Source of the DNA: a virus
Strand: one strand, 5' to 3'
IMG/VR virus record: IMGVR_UViG_3300025018_000101
Coordinates: 91,237-155,236 of that record
Length of the DNA stretch: 64,000 nucleotides
The number at the start of each line of letters is the position of its first letter. Within the stretch, counting starts at the first letter, position 1. The position numbers and the translations under genes are program-made. The notes under the pieces were generated by a model. It was given only the letters and a program-made list of their open reading frames with translations. It did no database searches and was not told the DNA's origin. Shown here one piece after another: positions 19,382-27,891 of the stretch.

Positions 19382-19632
19382 GACACGGCCATAGGCTGGC
19401 GACGCCGTCGTACTGGCGTCCGGTGTTTCCGAAAGAGGCCAGCTCCGGCGGGTCCGTGCGATGTAAGTGCCCTTCCGAGTCGAAACATGCGTTATTTGGC
19501 CGCTGAGCATGCTTAACACTCTCGTCGCCGCACCCGACGGTGCTCCCACGCCGATGGTCGTACCTAAAGTATAGCGACCATGGAGGCCTAAGCCGGCCAG
19601 CACGCTATACGCCGAAGACCCCAGCTCGACCC
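19382..19632 (-). repeat. Diverged inverted repeat, copy B
   Basis: Reverse complement CGCATGTTTCGACTCGGAAGGGCACTTACA versus copy A GGCATGTTTCGTCTCCGAAGGGCACTTGCA. Confidence 0.8.
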
Positions 19633-19731
19633 TTGCGGGGTCCTACTATGGTGTCCGAGGCTGCCATAGTCCAGCGGCATCGACACCAACGGAGCCCCCG
19701 GCGCTGTGTATTGAACACGCGGAAATAGCAT

Positions 19732-20412
19732 CTAGGCGTGGGTAGTCCACCCCCGCTCGACGCAGAAGACCTCGACGATGACCTGCGCGGCCATCCTCCT
19801 GCCCGCCGCGAAGCAGTATCCGAGCGCGTGCGCAGCCAGGTCTCGGCCCGTGGGCTGACTGTACATGCCCAGGAGGCTGCGCAGGAACTCGACCTCCTGA
19901 GCGTCGGTCCAGTCGCCTGCGACGCGTGCCATCTCCACCAGCCTGTTGCCTGAGAGCTCAGGCGGGTATGCGGCGGCCTCCGAAGGCGCCCGAGGAAGCC
20001 AGGCTCCGCGCTCCTGCCTGCCCGCGACGCGCCTGTCGGCCAGGGCGTAGTTGTAACTGTTGACCGCCCCAAGGGGCCAGGACAGCGGATAGCCGTCGGG
20101 CGTCGATGGAGCAGAGTACATCTGCCCCTCGAAGCAGACGTAGACCTCCGGGCCGTAGTCCGCGCCGGTCCCGTGCCACCCCGTGAAGGTTAGCCCAGCC
20201 TCCGCCAGCGCGATCCAGTCCTGGTACGCGCCGTAGTTCACCTCGTCCATGTCGAAGGACACCCAGACGGTGCCGTCCACCGTTTCCATCGACTCGGAGT
20301 CGGTCAGGTCGACGCCCTCAGGGGGCAGGTACATGTACTCGAGATGGACACGCCTCGCGCGGTCGACCTGCTCGAGCGGCATATCCAGCCTCAAGGAGCA
20401 CCGGTCACCCAT
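19732..20412 (-). CDS. Hypothetical protein
   Basis: Start at MGDRCS; typical codon bias. Confidence 0.6.
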   Translation of the reverse strand: MGDRCSLRLDMPLEQVDRARRVHLEYMYLPPEGVDLTDSESMETVDGTVWVSFDMDEVNYGAYQDWIALAEAGLTFTGWHGTGADYGPEVYVCFEGQMYSAPSTPDGYPLSWPLGAVNSYNYALADRRVAGRQERGAWLPRAPSEAAAYPPELSGNRLVEMARVAGDWTDAQEVEFLRSLLGMYSQPTGRDLAAHALGYCFAAGRRMAAQVIVEVFCVERGWTTHA

Positions 20413-20677
20413 GGCTGTGCGTCGCCCCAAGCGGGGTAGCGCGGTACGGGACGCCGAACCAGTCCACTGCGCCGTCGCAACTGAATCGGAGGATGAAGGC
20501 GCGCTCGGGCAGCGCGACACGATCCGTCCGGGAGACCGTGTACTGCAGGACGTCGGTGGTCGTGACGCCGTCCTTGATGGTCAGGATGAGCAGGTCCCCA
20601 CGGACGTCCTCTTCGTCCAGGTGAAAGACCCGCAGTCGGCCGGAGAAGTGGGGCCAGTCGATATCGTCGATTCGCAT
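20405..20677 (-). CDS. Hypothetical protein
   Basis: Start at MRIDDIDW; overlaps the next gene. Confidence 0.5.
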   Translation of the reverse strand: MRIDDIDWPHFSGRLRVFHLDEEDVRGDLLILTIKDGVTTTDVLQYTVSRTDRVALPERAFILRFSCDGAVDWFGVPYRATPLGATHSHG

Positions 20678-20801
20678 TGGGATTGTCGTCCGTGTTGTAG
20701 GTGTAGGCGCCGAGGAGGACGTGCTCTTCCTGCCGACGCCCGACGCGGTAGGCTGGGGCCGGGGGTCGCCGATGCGGGCTGGCATGCTCAGCCCCGGGAG
20801 G

Positions 20802-21314
20802 TCACCCGCCGGACGGCTCCGGGCCGTGCTCGTCTCCAGCGGCTGCGAGGTCCTCAGCGTTGCGCTTGACCTCGAGCTTCCTCATGTAGCGCCTGAGCGC
20901 GGCCGCCATGCCCTCGGCCCACGCCACGGCCTTGGGCTTGTCGCAGGTTATGCCGCTGGCGTAGCAGTGCGCCCACCTGTCGCCCCCGAGGACCCTCCAC
21001 CGGCTCATGATGAGCAGGGCGGCCTCGACGTTCGTGTCGACCCTGTACAGGTCCACGACGTTGTAGGGCCCGTGACGGCCCGTGACGAAGTAGGGCTTGA
21101 CCTGCAGAAGGCCGATCTCCCCGCCCCCTCCGAGGGCACTGGCGTCGAACCTGGACTCGCGCCACGCCATCGCGGCGACGAACACCGGGTCGAACCCCTT
21201 CTTCGGCGCCTGGTCCTCGATGGACTCGCACGCCACTTGCGCGCGGTCGGCGGAGACGCCTTCGGTGCTGGCGAGCGCGATGCACGCGCACACCAGCAGA
21301 CTGAACTTGCACAT
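20802..21314 (-). CDS. Lytic transglycosylase (SLT domain) with N-terminal signal/anchor sequence
   Basis: AMAWRESRF (catalytic Glu), GLLQV, NVEAA and HCYASG motifs. Confidence 0.8.
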   Translation of the reverse strand: MCKFSLLVCACIALASTEGVSADRAQVACESIEDQAPKKGFDPVFVAAMAWRESRFDASALGGGGEIGLLQVKPYFVTGRHGPYNVVDLYRVDTNVEAALLIMSRWRVLGGDRWAHCYASGITCDKPKAVAWAEGMAAALRRYMRKLEVKRNAEDLAAAGDEHGPEPSGG

Positions 21315-21334
21315 GGTGATCCTGTTGCTTAGGG

Positions 21335-21793
21335 CTACGCCGGCTTGTACCGCCGGCACAGCGCATTCACGTCTTCCCAGGACAGCTCCTGGGAGTAGAG
21401 CGTCGAGGCACCCTCGGTGCGGCCGTCAAGCGCCTCGAGGTGCTCGGCCTCGAAGTGGACGCCCCGTGGCGTCGCGGCCGCGACGAGACCGGCGCAGATC
21501 TGGGCCAGGGGCTGCACGCCGTCGACGGTCATCGCCGCGCCGCCCTCCGTGGTTCGCAGGGACGCGGAGTTCTGGACGTAGCGCGTGGCCGCCATGAAGG
21601 CGGCATCGACCCTGACGAACCCAGGCGACCCCCAGACGAGCGCCAGGGAGCGAAGCCGGTCGTCGCGGACTGCGTTGAACAGCGTATGGAGGTCGCCGAG
21701 GATACTGACGAGGTCGAGGTTGACCTCGACGACCGCCAGGACTGGCTCAGGGCCCGAGGGTACGAGCTCGACAGCGGGGATGAGCAGGTGCAT
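21335..21793 (-). CDS. Hypothetical protein
   Basis: Operon-like spacing; typical codon bias. Confidence 0.55.
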   Translation of the reverse strand: MHLLIPAVELVPSGPEPVLAVVEVNLDLVSILGDLHTLFNAVRDDRLRSLALVWGSPGFVRVDAAFMAATRYVQNSASLRTTEGGAAMTVDGVQPLAQICAGLVAAATPRGVHFEAEHLEALDGRTEGASTLYSQELSWEDVNALCRRYKPA

Positions 21794-21794
21794 G

Positions 21795-22667
21795 TCACGA
21801 CTCCCGGATGAAGATGTCGACGGGGTTCACCCCCGCCGCGGTCGACATCATGGACGCGATAGCGCCGCCCTGTCCAGCGATGTGGCAGGCGGCGTCCGTG
21901 ACCAGGATGCCTCGCGAGGAGTTGGCCAGTGCGATGCTCCACCACCCGCGGAGCCCCAGCTTCCTGGACGCCCGTAGCGCAGCATCCGAGACGCGCGCCG
22001 TCAGCGGGGACACGGTCTCCATGGGCTCGAGCACCCCGCCATCGGTCTCCAGGGACCAGGGGCCGAAGAGCTCCGGGTCTGGACCGAACAAGGGGCTCGA
22101 CCATCCTGCGACGACGAACCGTCCAGGGTCGACCCTCTCGTTCCACGTGGCCTCGACCCACGTGTGCGCCATGCCCAGGAAGTCCCGGATGGGCCGTATG
22201 CCGTAGGCGAGCTCACGCCACATGCCCGCGACCCGCGCAGGGGGCAGGCGGTCGAGCGCGACCTCCTCGGTGGCGCTCACGCCGAACGGAGCGAACTGCG
22301 GCAGGACGCTGACCGTCCCGACGCCGAGTGGGATCGAGGCCGCATCCGCGGAGCTGATGCAGGCGGCGTCCCCGAGCTTGTCCGACCTCCGCAGTCGGTC
22401 CATCGCGGCGATGACGGTGTCGACCCTGCCAGCGTCCATGTCGCCCCTGTCGTTGACGAACGCGCAGGGGAGCACCCCGCCCAGGTCGAGCGGGACGAAC
22501 TCCACTTGCCTCCGCTCTCGGGCCTCTCTCGTGAGCTGATGCACGACCACAGAGGGCCCCACCGCCCGCGCGAGGTTGCCGTTGTAGGACAGTACCCGCG
22601 GGTGGTCCTCCCGGATGCGCAGGTACGCCATGAACGTGCGGTCGCACACGTAGACGAGCTCAGCCAT
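21795..22667 (-). CDS. Degenerate ATP-grasp-like protein
   Basis: C-terminus AALRASRKLGLRG...ILVTDAACHIAG...AAGVNPVD follows the ATP-grasp C-domain pattern. Confidence 0.45.
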   Translation of the reverse strand: MAELVYVCDRTFMAYLRIREDHPRVLSYNGNLARAVGPSVVVHQLTREARERRQVEFVPLDLGGVLPCAFVNDRGDMDAGRVDTVIAAMDRLRRSDKLGDAACISSADAASIPLGVGTVSVLPQFAPFGVSATEEVALDRLPPARVAGMWRELAYGIRPIRDFLGMAHTWVEATWNERVDPGRFVVAGWSSPLFGPDPELFGPWSLETDGGVLEPMETVSPLTARVSDAALRASRKLGLRGWWSIALANSSRGILVTDAACHIAGQGGAIASMMSTAAGVNPVDIFIRES

Positions 22668-22959
22668 TCGTCACCCCCGCCACCGCCGAGAAGACCGAAC
22701 ACGTAGCGAAGCGCCTCGACATCGGCACGTGGTGCTCCAGCGCCTCGACGACCCACACGGGGAGGCTGGACCGCTCGTCCGCCGTCTTGTCCTTGCGGAC
22801 GCCGTGCGTGGCCCCGCAGACGGAGCAGCGCACCATCACGGCCGCCAGCCACGACTCCGACGGCTCGTAGACCTCCTTCTCAAGGATCGCCGTCGACGTC
22901 CTCCGCTCCGCCCACACCGAGCACGTCCTCGGCGGATGCGGGCACTTGTCGGTCCCCAT
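22660..22959 (-). CDS. Small Cys/His Zn-binding protein
   Basis: CPHP and CSVC motifs; GAGGAGG RBS. Confidence 0.55.
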   Translation of the reverse strand: MGTDKCPHPPRTCSVWAERRTSTAILEKEVYEPSESWLAAVMVRCSVCGATHGVRKDKTADERSSLPVWVVEALEHHVPMSRRFATCSVFSAVAGVTNG

Positions 22960-23386
22960 CGTCCCTCCTCCTCATGTGCCTACGCCTGTTCACCGCGATG
23001 GTGAACAGGCAGTCTGTGACCAGGCGGATGGGTTCGCCGCCGGCGTTCACCATGCGGCTCGCCTCTTCGCAAGCGTCGAAGAGCGTCGTGTACGCGCCGG
23101 GTTTCGACTCCGGCCCCAGTACGCTCCTGGCGTAGGCCCAGGCGTTCATGCGCGCCGTGGGGCCCTGGTCGGCGGGCATCAACCGGATGACGGCGACGAC
23201 GCCGACGTCCGGCAAGTCGAAGCGCGCGCCCGTACTCCGGCCGAGCTTCGACTGCAGGAACGCCCCGGCACCCCCGGCCAGGACGGTCTCAGCGTCCTTC
23301 GACCCCGTGCGGAACCGAAGCACGAGGGTCTCGAACCACCCCTCGAGCAGTCGCCTCCTGCGGCCCTGTCCGCGCTTGTCCGTCAC
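22880..23386 (-). CDS. Hypothetical protein
   Basis: GTGA overlap with the upstream gene. Confidence 0.5.
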   Translation of the reverse strand: MTDKRGQGRRRRLLEGWFETLVLRFRTGSKDAETVLAGGAGAFLQSKLGRSTGARFDLPDVGVVAVIRLMPADQGPTARMNAWAYARSVLGPESKPGAYTTLFDACEEASRMVNAGGEPIRLVTDCLFTIAVNRRRHMRRRDDGDRQVPASAEDVLGVGGAEDVDGDP

Positions 23387-23787
23387 GCCAACGGCTCCTG
23401 GTCCTCCGGGTGCGAGTAGATGGCGACACCGACCTCGATCGCGAACTGGCGGATGGACGCCTCAAGGGCCGCTCGCCACAACGGCGAGGTGTCCTCCCAG
23501 TCGGCGGCGAGCTGGGCCTCGGTCAGCTTCTGCATCGAGGCCGGAAGGTTCGCACGCAGCAGGTAGTGGAACCTCTCGGCGGCGCGGGCCACGAAGAGCG
23601 CGACGTCCTCCTCGGTCGCCTGCACGACCAGACGGCGCGCGTCGGTGCCCTGCTCCTTCTCGCTCTCGCGGCGGACCGTCTCGACCCACGAACTGGGCGG
23701 GTCGGTGGCGGCGCCGTCGACCTCCGCGGTGTCCGCGGCCTGGCCCTGGAAGATGTCAGCGAACTTCCCTAACGTACGCTCTTGCAT
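23383..23787 (-). CDS. Hypothetical protein
   Basis: GAGGAG RBS; typical codon bias. Confidence 0.6.
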   Translation of the reverse strand: MQERTLGKFADIFQGQAADTAEVDGAATDPPSSWVETVRRESEKEQGTDARRLVVQATEEDVALFVARAAERFHYLLRANLPASMQKLTEAQLAADWEDTSPLWRAALEASIRQFAIEVGVAIYSHPEDQEPLA

Positions 23788-24659
23788 TTCCGCTCCTCAA
23801 TGGCGAGTTCCCGGAGTTCGACGTCGAACTCCAGTTTGGTGTAGAACGCCCGGCGCTCCTCGATGCCAGGCCGCTTCACGCGCCAGGCAGTCTCGAGGTC
23901 GTCGGGCAGTGGAACGTCGACGCGCAGTTGCGTCAGCGCCTTCCACAGGCGCAGTTCGTCGGCGGCCGCAGCGATCTTCGGGTACGGATTCTTGAGCGAT
24001 GTCGGAGCGAACGCCAGCAGGCCCTCCACCGACCCGTGCTCTGCCAGCAGTGCCTGGGCCCTCTTCGGTCCGATGCCCTTGAGGCCCGGGATGTTGTCCG
24101 AGGTATCCCCTCGGATCGCCAGGAAGTCGACGACCTTGTCTGGCGGCACTCCCAGGCGCTCCTCGACCCCCTCCCAGTCCGTCAGCCCCTTCGAGCTGTC
24201 GTACAGCAGGACCGTGCCCGCTCGGTCGACTAACTGGGCCATGTCCTTGTCGCCGGTGCACACGACGACGCGGCGCTGCCTGGCCCACTCGCACGAGGCC
24301 GCCGTGGCGATCACGTCGTCCGCCTCGAACGTGTCGGCCCGGAACGTCGGGACCCCAAGCACGGCGCACAGCTCGTCCAGCAGCTTCCACTGGCCGCCCA
24401 TGTTGGACGACTTCTGTACCCGCGTGGCCTTGTACTCCGGGTACAGCCCTCGTCGGAACGAGCTCGCCGACTTGCAGTCCCACGCGACCACCCAGTGCGA
24501 CGGCCGCAGCGTGGCGTAGATGTTGCGCAGCATGTGCACCATCCCATAGACCGCCCCGGTGTACACGCCAGTCGAGGTCTTCAGGTGCTCCATGGCGTAG
24601 AACGACCTGTAGGCCAGGTTCGACCCGTCGAGCACCGCGAGGGTCTGCTGCGCCCTCAC
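23769..24659 (-). CDS. 5'-3' exonuclease/flap endonuclease (Pol I N-terminal-like)
   Basis: LDGSNLAYR, YPEYKATR, EADDVI, TGDKD and GDTSDNIPG.KGIGPK motifs intact. Confidence 0.95.
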   Translation of the reverse strand: MRAQQTLAVLDGSNLAYRSFYAMEHLKTSTGVYTGAVYGMVHMLRNIYATLRPSHWVVAWDCKSASSFRRGLYPEYKATRVQKSSNMGGQWKLLDELCAVLGVPTFRADTFEADDVIATAASCEWARQRRVVVCTGDKDMAQLVDRAGTVLLYDSSKGLTDWEGVEERLGVPPDKVVDFLAIRGDTSDNIPGLKGIGPKRAQALLAEHGSVEGLLAFAPTSLKNPYPKIAAAADELRLWKALTQLRVDVPLPDDLETAWRVKRPGIEERRAFYTKLEFDVELRELAIEERKCKSVR

Positions 24660-25261
24660 CGGTCACTCCTCGTGCTCAGCGTGAGCTTGACGTCGCCGCG
24701 GCCCGTCCCGTCGCAGTCCGGGCACTCGGGCGTCTTGCCGTCGATACCGCCGGGGGACAGGCGGCACGTAGGGCAGACCGCGCCCGTACCCTGGCACGCC
24801 TCGCACTCACCCTGGGTGCCGCAGCCGTCACACGCCCGGCACTCGACCACGCCCTCGCCAGCGCACTCCGGGCACTCTACCTGCCCTTCGCCCCGGCAGC
24901 CGCCGCACTCAACCCGTCCCAGGCCGTTGCAACCGCCACATTTCACCCGCGTAGCGCCGCCGGCTCCGTCGACTCCGTCGACGACCCCCCTGCCGTCGCA
25001 GCGGCCGCAATCAAGTTCGCCCGTCGCATCGCAGTCGTAGCACCTCACGACGCCATCAGCGTAGCACGTCGGGCACTCGACCTCCCCCTCCCCAGCCCTG
25101 GCCGGTACGCACCCTCCGACCGGGAAAGCGTCCTCGCCCGAGCACTCCGGGCACGGGGCTTCGCCCGTGCCCCCGCACTGCGAGCAATCCACTACCGCGC
25201 CACCGGCGCACCCCGGGCAGTGCCGGCCGGAGCCTCCACAGGTCTGACAAATAACGTACAT
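24656..25261 (-). CDS. DnaJ-type CxxCxGxG zinc-finger repeat protein
   Basis: More than 10 CxxCxGxG repeats; no J-domain. Confidence 0.85.
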   Translation of the reverse strand: MYVICQTCGGSGRHCPGCAGGAVVDCSQCGGTGEAPCPECSGEDAFPVGGCVPARAGEGEVECPTCYADGVVRCYDCDATGELDCGRCDGRGVVDGVDGAGGATRVKCGGCNGLGRVECGGCRGEGQVECPECAGEGVVECRACDGCGTQGECEACQGTGAVCPTCRLSPGGIDGKTPECPDCDGTGRGDVKLTLSTRSDR

Positions 25262-25315
25262 GCTACCCTCCCTGTTGCGTTCGCGCTACGCCCTTGTAGC
25301 ACGCGCGAGGCGCGG

Positions 25316-25344
25316 AGTCTACCCCCACGCCCGGTATCTGTCAC
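25316..25344 (-). promoter_or_regulatory. Sigma70-like promoter
   Basis: GTGACA-N17-TAGACT. Confidence 0.45.
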
Positions 25345-25856
25345 GCTCCCGGAGCAGAGGGGCCGCGATTGCGCGAGCGTGCCTCAACGTCCTTGAGCCA
25401 GGCGGTCGCGCTGAGCCGAACGAACGCGTCTCGCTTCATCAGTCGGCGCCAGCCGTCGAGCTCGACGCAACCGTAGTACTCGAAGACCATGAGCGCGGTG
25501 GACGCGACGTCCAGTGGCGTGCGGTCCGGCCCCGCAGCCGGCGGCTTCCAGGCGGTTGGCAGTCCGTGGAACTCCCGGAAGCCGCCGGTGAACAGTTCGC
25601 TCCACAGTCGCCAGTCGTCAGGGACGTGGAACATGACGACGGGGAGCGTGTCCGCTTCGCCGTCGTCGAACTCGTATGCCACGGCGATGGTGCCGCCGTG
25701 GTAGAGCGCGTGCCCCTCGGGGAAGGTAAAGGTGACGATGCAGGGTCCGGCGTCCGATTCGCCGTGCCCCGAGAGGACCCAGGACTCGTCGATGACGACG
25801 AGCTCGGTCGCCGCGGGGTCGTCATCCGGAGCGGAGCTGTAGGATTCTTCGGGCAT
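25341..25856 (-). CDS. Hypothetical protein
   Basis: GGAGG RBS; acidic protein. Confidence 0.6.
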   Translation of the reverse strand: MPEESYSSAPDDDPAATELVVIDESWVLSGHGESDAGPCIVTFTFPEGHALYHGGTIAVAYEFDDGEADTLPVVMFHVPDDWRLWSELFTGGFREFHGLPTAWKPPAAGPDRTPLDVASTALMVFEYYGCVELDGWRRLMKRDAFVRLSATAWLKDVEARSRNRGPSAPGA

Positions 25857-26169
25857 GCGGCCCTCCAAAGAGGGTATCCTCGACGAAGTTGAGCTTGTCG
25901 AGGGTGTCGTGCTGCACGGGCAGGCCCCGGACAGTCACAGGGTGGCCCGCGAACACGGCCACGCTGCCGTTCAGTACGGCGCCGGCCGTGACCTGCCACA
26001 GGCGGCCGTCTCCATCGAGCGCCATCCAGCGGCCACTGGAGTACGGGTCGGGGTCTCCTGGCCGCTCGTGCCAGAACACCTCGACCTCGTAGACGTCGTT
26101 GAACACGTGGTCCGTCATCGGGCCCCAGTCCCGACCGTCGGCGCAGGGCCCCGACAGATGCTCGAGCAT
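25822..26169 (-). CDS. Hypothetical protein (start uncertain)
   Basis: Codon bias in the 3' portion of ORF 25822-26370. Confidence 0.45.
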   Translation of the reverse strand: MLEHLSGPCADGRDWGPMTDHVFNDVYEVEVFWHERPGDPDPYSSGRWMALDGDGRLWQVTAGAVLNGSVAVFAGHPVTVRGLPVQHDTLDKLNFVEDTLFGGPHARRILQLRSG

Positions 26170-26189
26170 CAGGGACCGCGCCAGGAGCT

Positions 26190-27416
26190 TCAGTCGGTGC
26201 ACGGCCGCTCCGACCACATTTGCAGGAGCTGCAGCCACGCCTCCCAGAACTGTTGCGGCACGATGCCGTTGCCGAGCGCGGTCAGTCGGGCGCGCCGAAA
26301 GCGCAGGGAGTTGGTGACGCGCGGCACCTGGGGCAATTCGATGGCCTCGCCGTTCAAGGCAGCGTGCCACTCGCCCATGACTTCGGCCAGGTCCAGCCCA
26401 GGGGCCAGCCCATCAGCCATTCCACCCAGAAGGGGTTCAAGTACCCCGCACGAGGGGTCGAATCTCCACCAGACACGACCTGCTCGCTGAGCGGCCGAGA
26501 GTTCTCCGCCATCGACGCCGGCGACGACCGGCCGCTCCGCCAGTCCCTCGCAGTCGGGGTCGCCCACACCGCCGTCGCCAGGCCCGTCCCGGAGTTCGAC
26601 CCCGGCCTCGGCCGGTTGTAGCGCCCCTTGTCCGTCGTTGGCGTAGGCCAGACCGTCGTCGGCCGGTCCCACACCGCCTCGACCAGGTTCTGGCCGCCCT
26701 GGCGCCGCCGCGTGTACGGGCTCCGGTGGCCGTCCCTGGCCAGCGGCGTCGGCCACGGCGACGGCTCCGGACCTTTGCGCTTGCCCACGGGCCACTCCCC
26801 CCGCGAGGCCCTCGCGTCCAGGCTCAGCCTCGTCCTCTGGCCCTCGCGCCCCGCCTGACCACCTCTCGAGTTCCCGTAGGAGGAGGCCGTCGGCTTCGGG
26901 AGTGAAGGCGAGGAGGAAGAGGCGGTTGCGACGGTGCGGTGCTTCGACGTGCGAAGCTCCCACAACCGTCCAGACCGCATCGTACCCCTCCCCGGCCAGC
27001 TCCCGGAGTATGACTCCGAAGTAGCCGTGCTTGGCTCCGAGGAGTCCCTGCACGTTTTCCAGCAGCACGACGGGTGGTCGAGCTTCGCGAATGACTTCCA
27101 GGAACGCCGGCCACCCATTGCGGGGGTCGTCGGCCGCGAGCTGCTTGCCAGCGACGCTGAACCCCTGGCAGGGTGGGGACCCGAAAACGACGTCAACCAC
27201 GCCCCGAAGTCGTCGGCCGAAGTCTCCGAGGTTGAAATCGTTGATGTCAGCAAAGACGGGGGCGGCCCTGAGCCAACCATCTCCGATCCGCGCACGCAGC
27301 ACCTCCTGGCAGAACTTGTCCCACTCGACGTAGCACAGGGGCTGCCAGTCGAGTACGTGCTGAAGGAAGAGGTCGCCCCCTCCAACACCCGAAAACAGCG
27401 ACGCAACCCTTACCAT
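26190..27416 (-). CDS. DNA (cytosine-5) methyltransferase, alpha-like polypeptide
   Basis: Motif I SLFSGVGG, IV GSPPCQGFS, VI ENV, VIII HRRNRLF and X ALGNGIVP; motif IX not seen in this frame. Confidence 0.9.
   Translation of the reverse strand: MVRVASLFSGVGGGDLFLQHVLDWQPLCYVEWDKFCQEVLRARIGDGWLRAAPVFADINDFNLGDFGRRLRGVVDVVFGSPPCQGFSVAGKQLAADDPRNGWPAFLEVIREARPPVVLLENVQGLLGAKHGYFGVILRELAGEGYDAVWTVVGASHVEAPHRRNRLFLLAFTPEADGLLLRELERWSGGARGPEDEAEPGREGLAGGVARGQAQRSGAVAVADAAGQGRPPEPVHAAAPGRPEPGRGGVGPADDGLAYANDGQGALQPAEAGVELRDGPGDGGVGDPDCEGLAERPVVAGVDGGELSAAQRAGRVWWRFDPSCGVLEPLLGGMADGLAPGLDLAEVMGEWHAALNGEAIELPQVPRVTNSLRFRRARLTALGNGIVPQQFWEAWLQLLQMWSERPCTD
26354..27406 (-). CDS. Overlapping alternative-frame methyltransferase partner (beta-like) with four (W/L)-P/A-T/K-P repeats; start uncertain
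   Basis: Ends in LNPFWVEWLMGWPLGWT (motif IX-like); fully nested in the methyltransferase gene. Confidence 0.7.
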   Translation of the reverse strand: MRRCFRVLEGATSSFSTYSTGSPCATSSGTSSARRCCVRGSEMVGSGPPPSLLTSTISTSETSADDFGAWLTSFSGPHPARGSASLASSSRPTTPAMGGRRSWKSFAKLDHPSCCWKTCRDSSEPSTATSESYSGSWPGRGTMRSGRLWELRTSKHRTVATASSSSPSLPKPTASSYGNSRGGQAGREGQRTRLSLDARASRGEWPVGKRKGPEPSPWPTPLARDGHRSPYTRRRQGGQNLVEAVWDRPTTVWPTPTTDKGRYNRPRPGSNSGTGLATAVWATPTARDWRSGRSSPASMAENSRPLSEQVVSGGDSTPRAGYLNPFWVEWLMGWPLGWTWPKSWASGTLP

Positions 27417-27682
27417 GTCGCAGGGTCTCCGTGCTCGTCCTGGTACTCCCGCACGAGCTTCACTGCGTCGCCGCGCGTGGGGCTGCCGTGGTACATGGCT
27501 CGGACCTGCCCGCCGGGCGCCAGGATCGTGACGCTGTACGCCAGGTACAGTCCGCGGTCCTGTCGCCGGACGACGGCGACTCGGCGGCCGGCGTCCAGGA
27601 CGTCCGTCAGCCCTGTCTTCTCGTCCCGGAGCTCCAGGCGGTAGCCCCCGTGCTCGGGTGCGTGAGGTCGATGGAAGTCCAT
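27410..27682 (-). CDS. Hypothetical protein
   Basis: Coupled stop and start codons. Confidence 0.55.
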   Translation of the reverse strand: MDFHRPHAPEHGGYRLELRDEKTGLTDVLDAGRRVAVVRRQDRGLYLAYSVTILAPGGQVRAMYHGSPTRGDAVKLVREYQDEHGDPATW

Positions 27683-27891
27683 CAGTCGCTGCAGCCCGTC
27701 GGAGTCTGGGCCGCGACGGGGAACAGGCTGTTCAGGTAGGCCCCGGCCGGGCCAGGCGTCCCGCCGTTGAGCGCGGCGACGTACGCGAGCTGTCCCGACG
27801 GGCCGGAGTTGCTGACGTCCGACGCCCCGACCACGTCGTCCAGCGTGTAGCCCCGGCCCTCCGCCGAGGCTCGGGTCTCATCGTCGGTCAT
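27682..27891 (-). CDS. Small hypothetical protein
   Basis: ATGA overlap; GAGGAGG RBS. Confidence 0.5.
   Translation of the reverse strand: MTDDETRASAEGRGYTLDDVVGASDVSNSGPSGQLAYVAALNGGTPGPAGAYLNSLFPVAAQTPTGCSD

Noticed and set aside
19590-19612. TAG stop-codon reassignment to explain in-frame stops in elements A and B
   Set aside because: Well-supported genes (5032-5706, 6512-7978, tape measure) terminate at TAG
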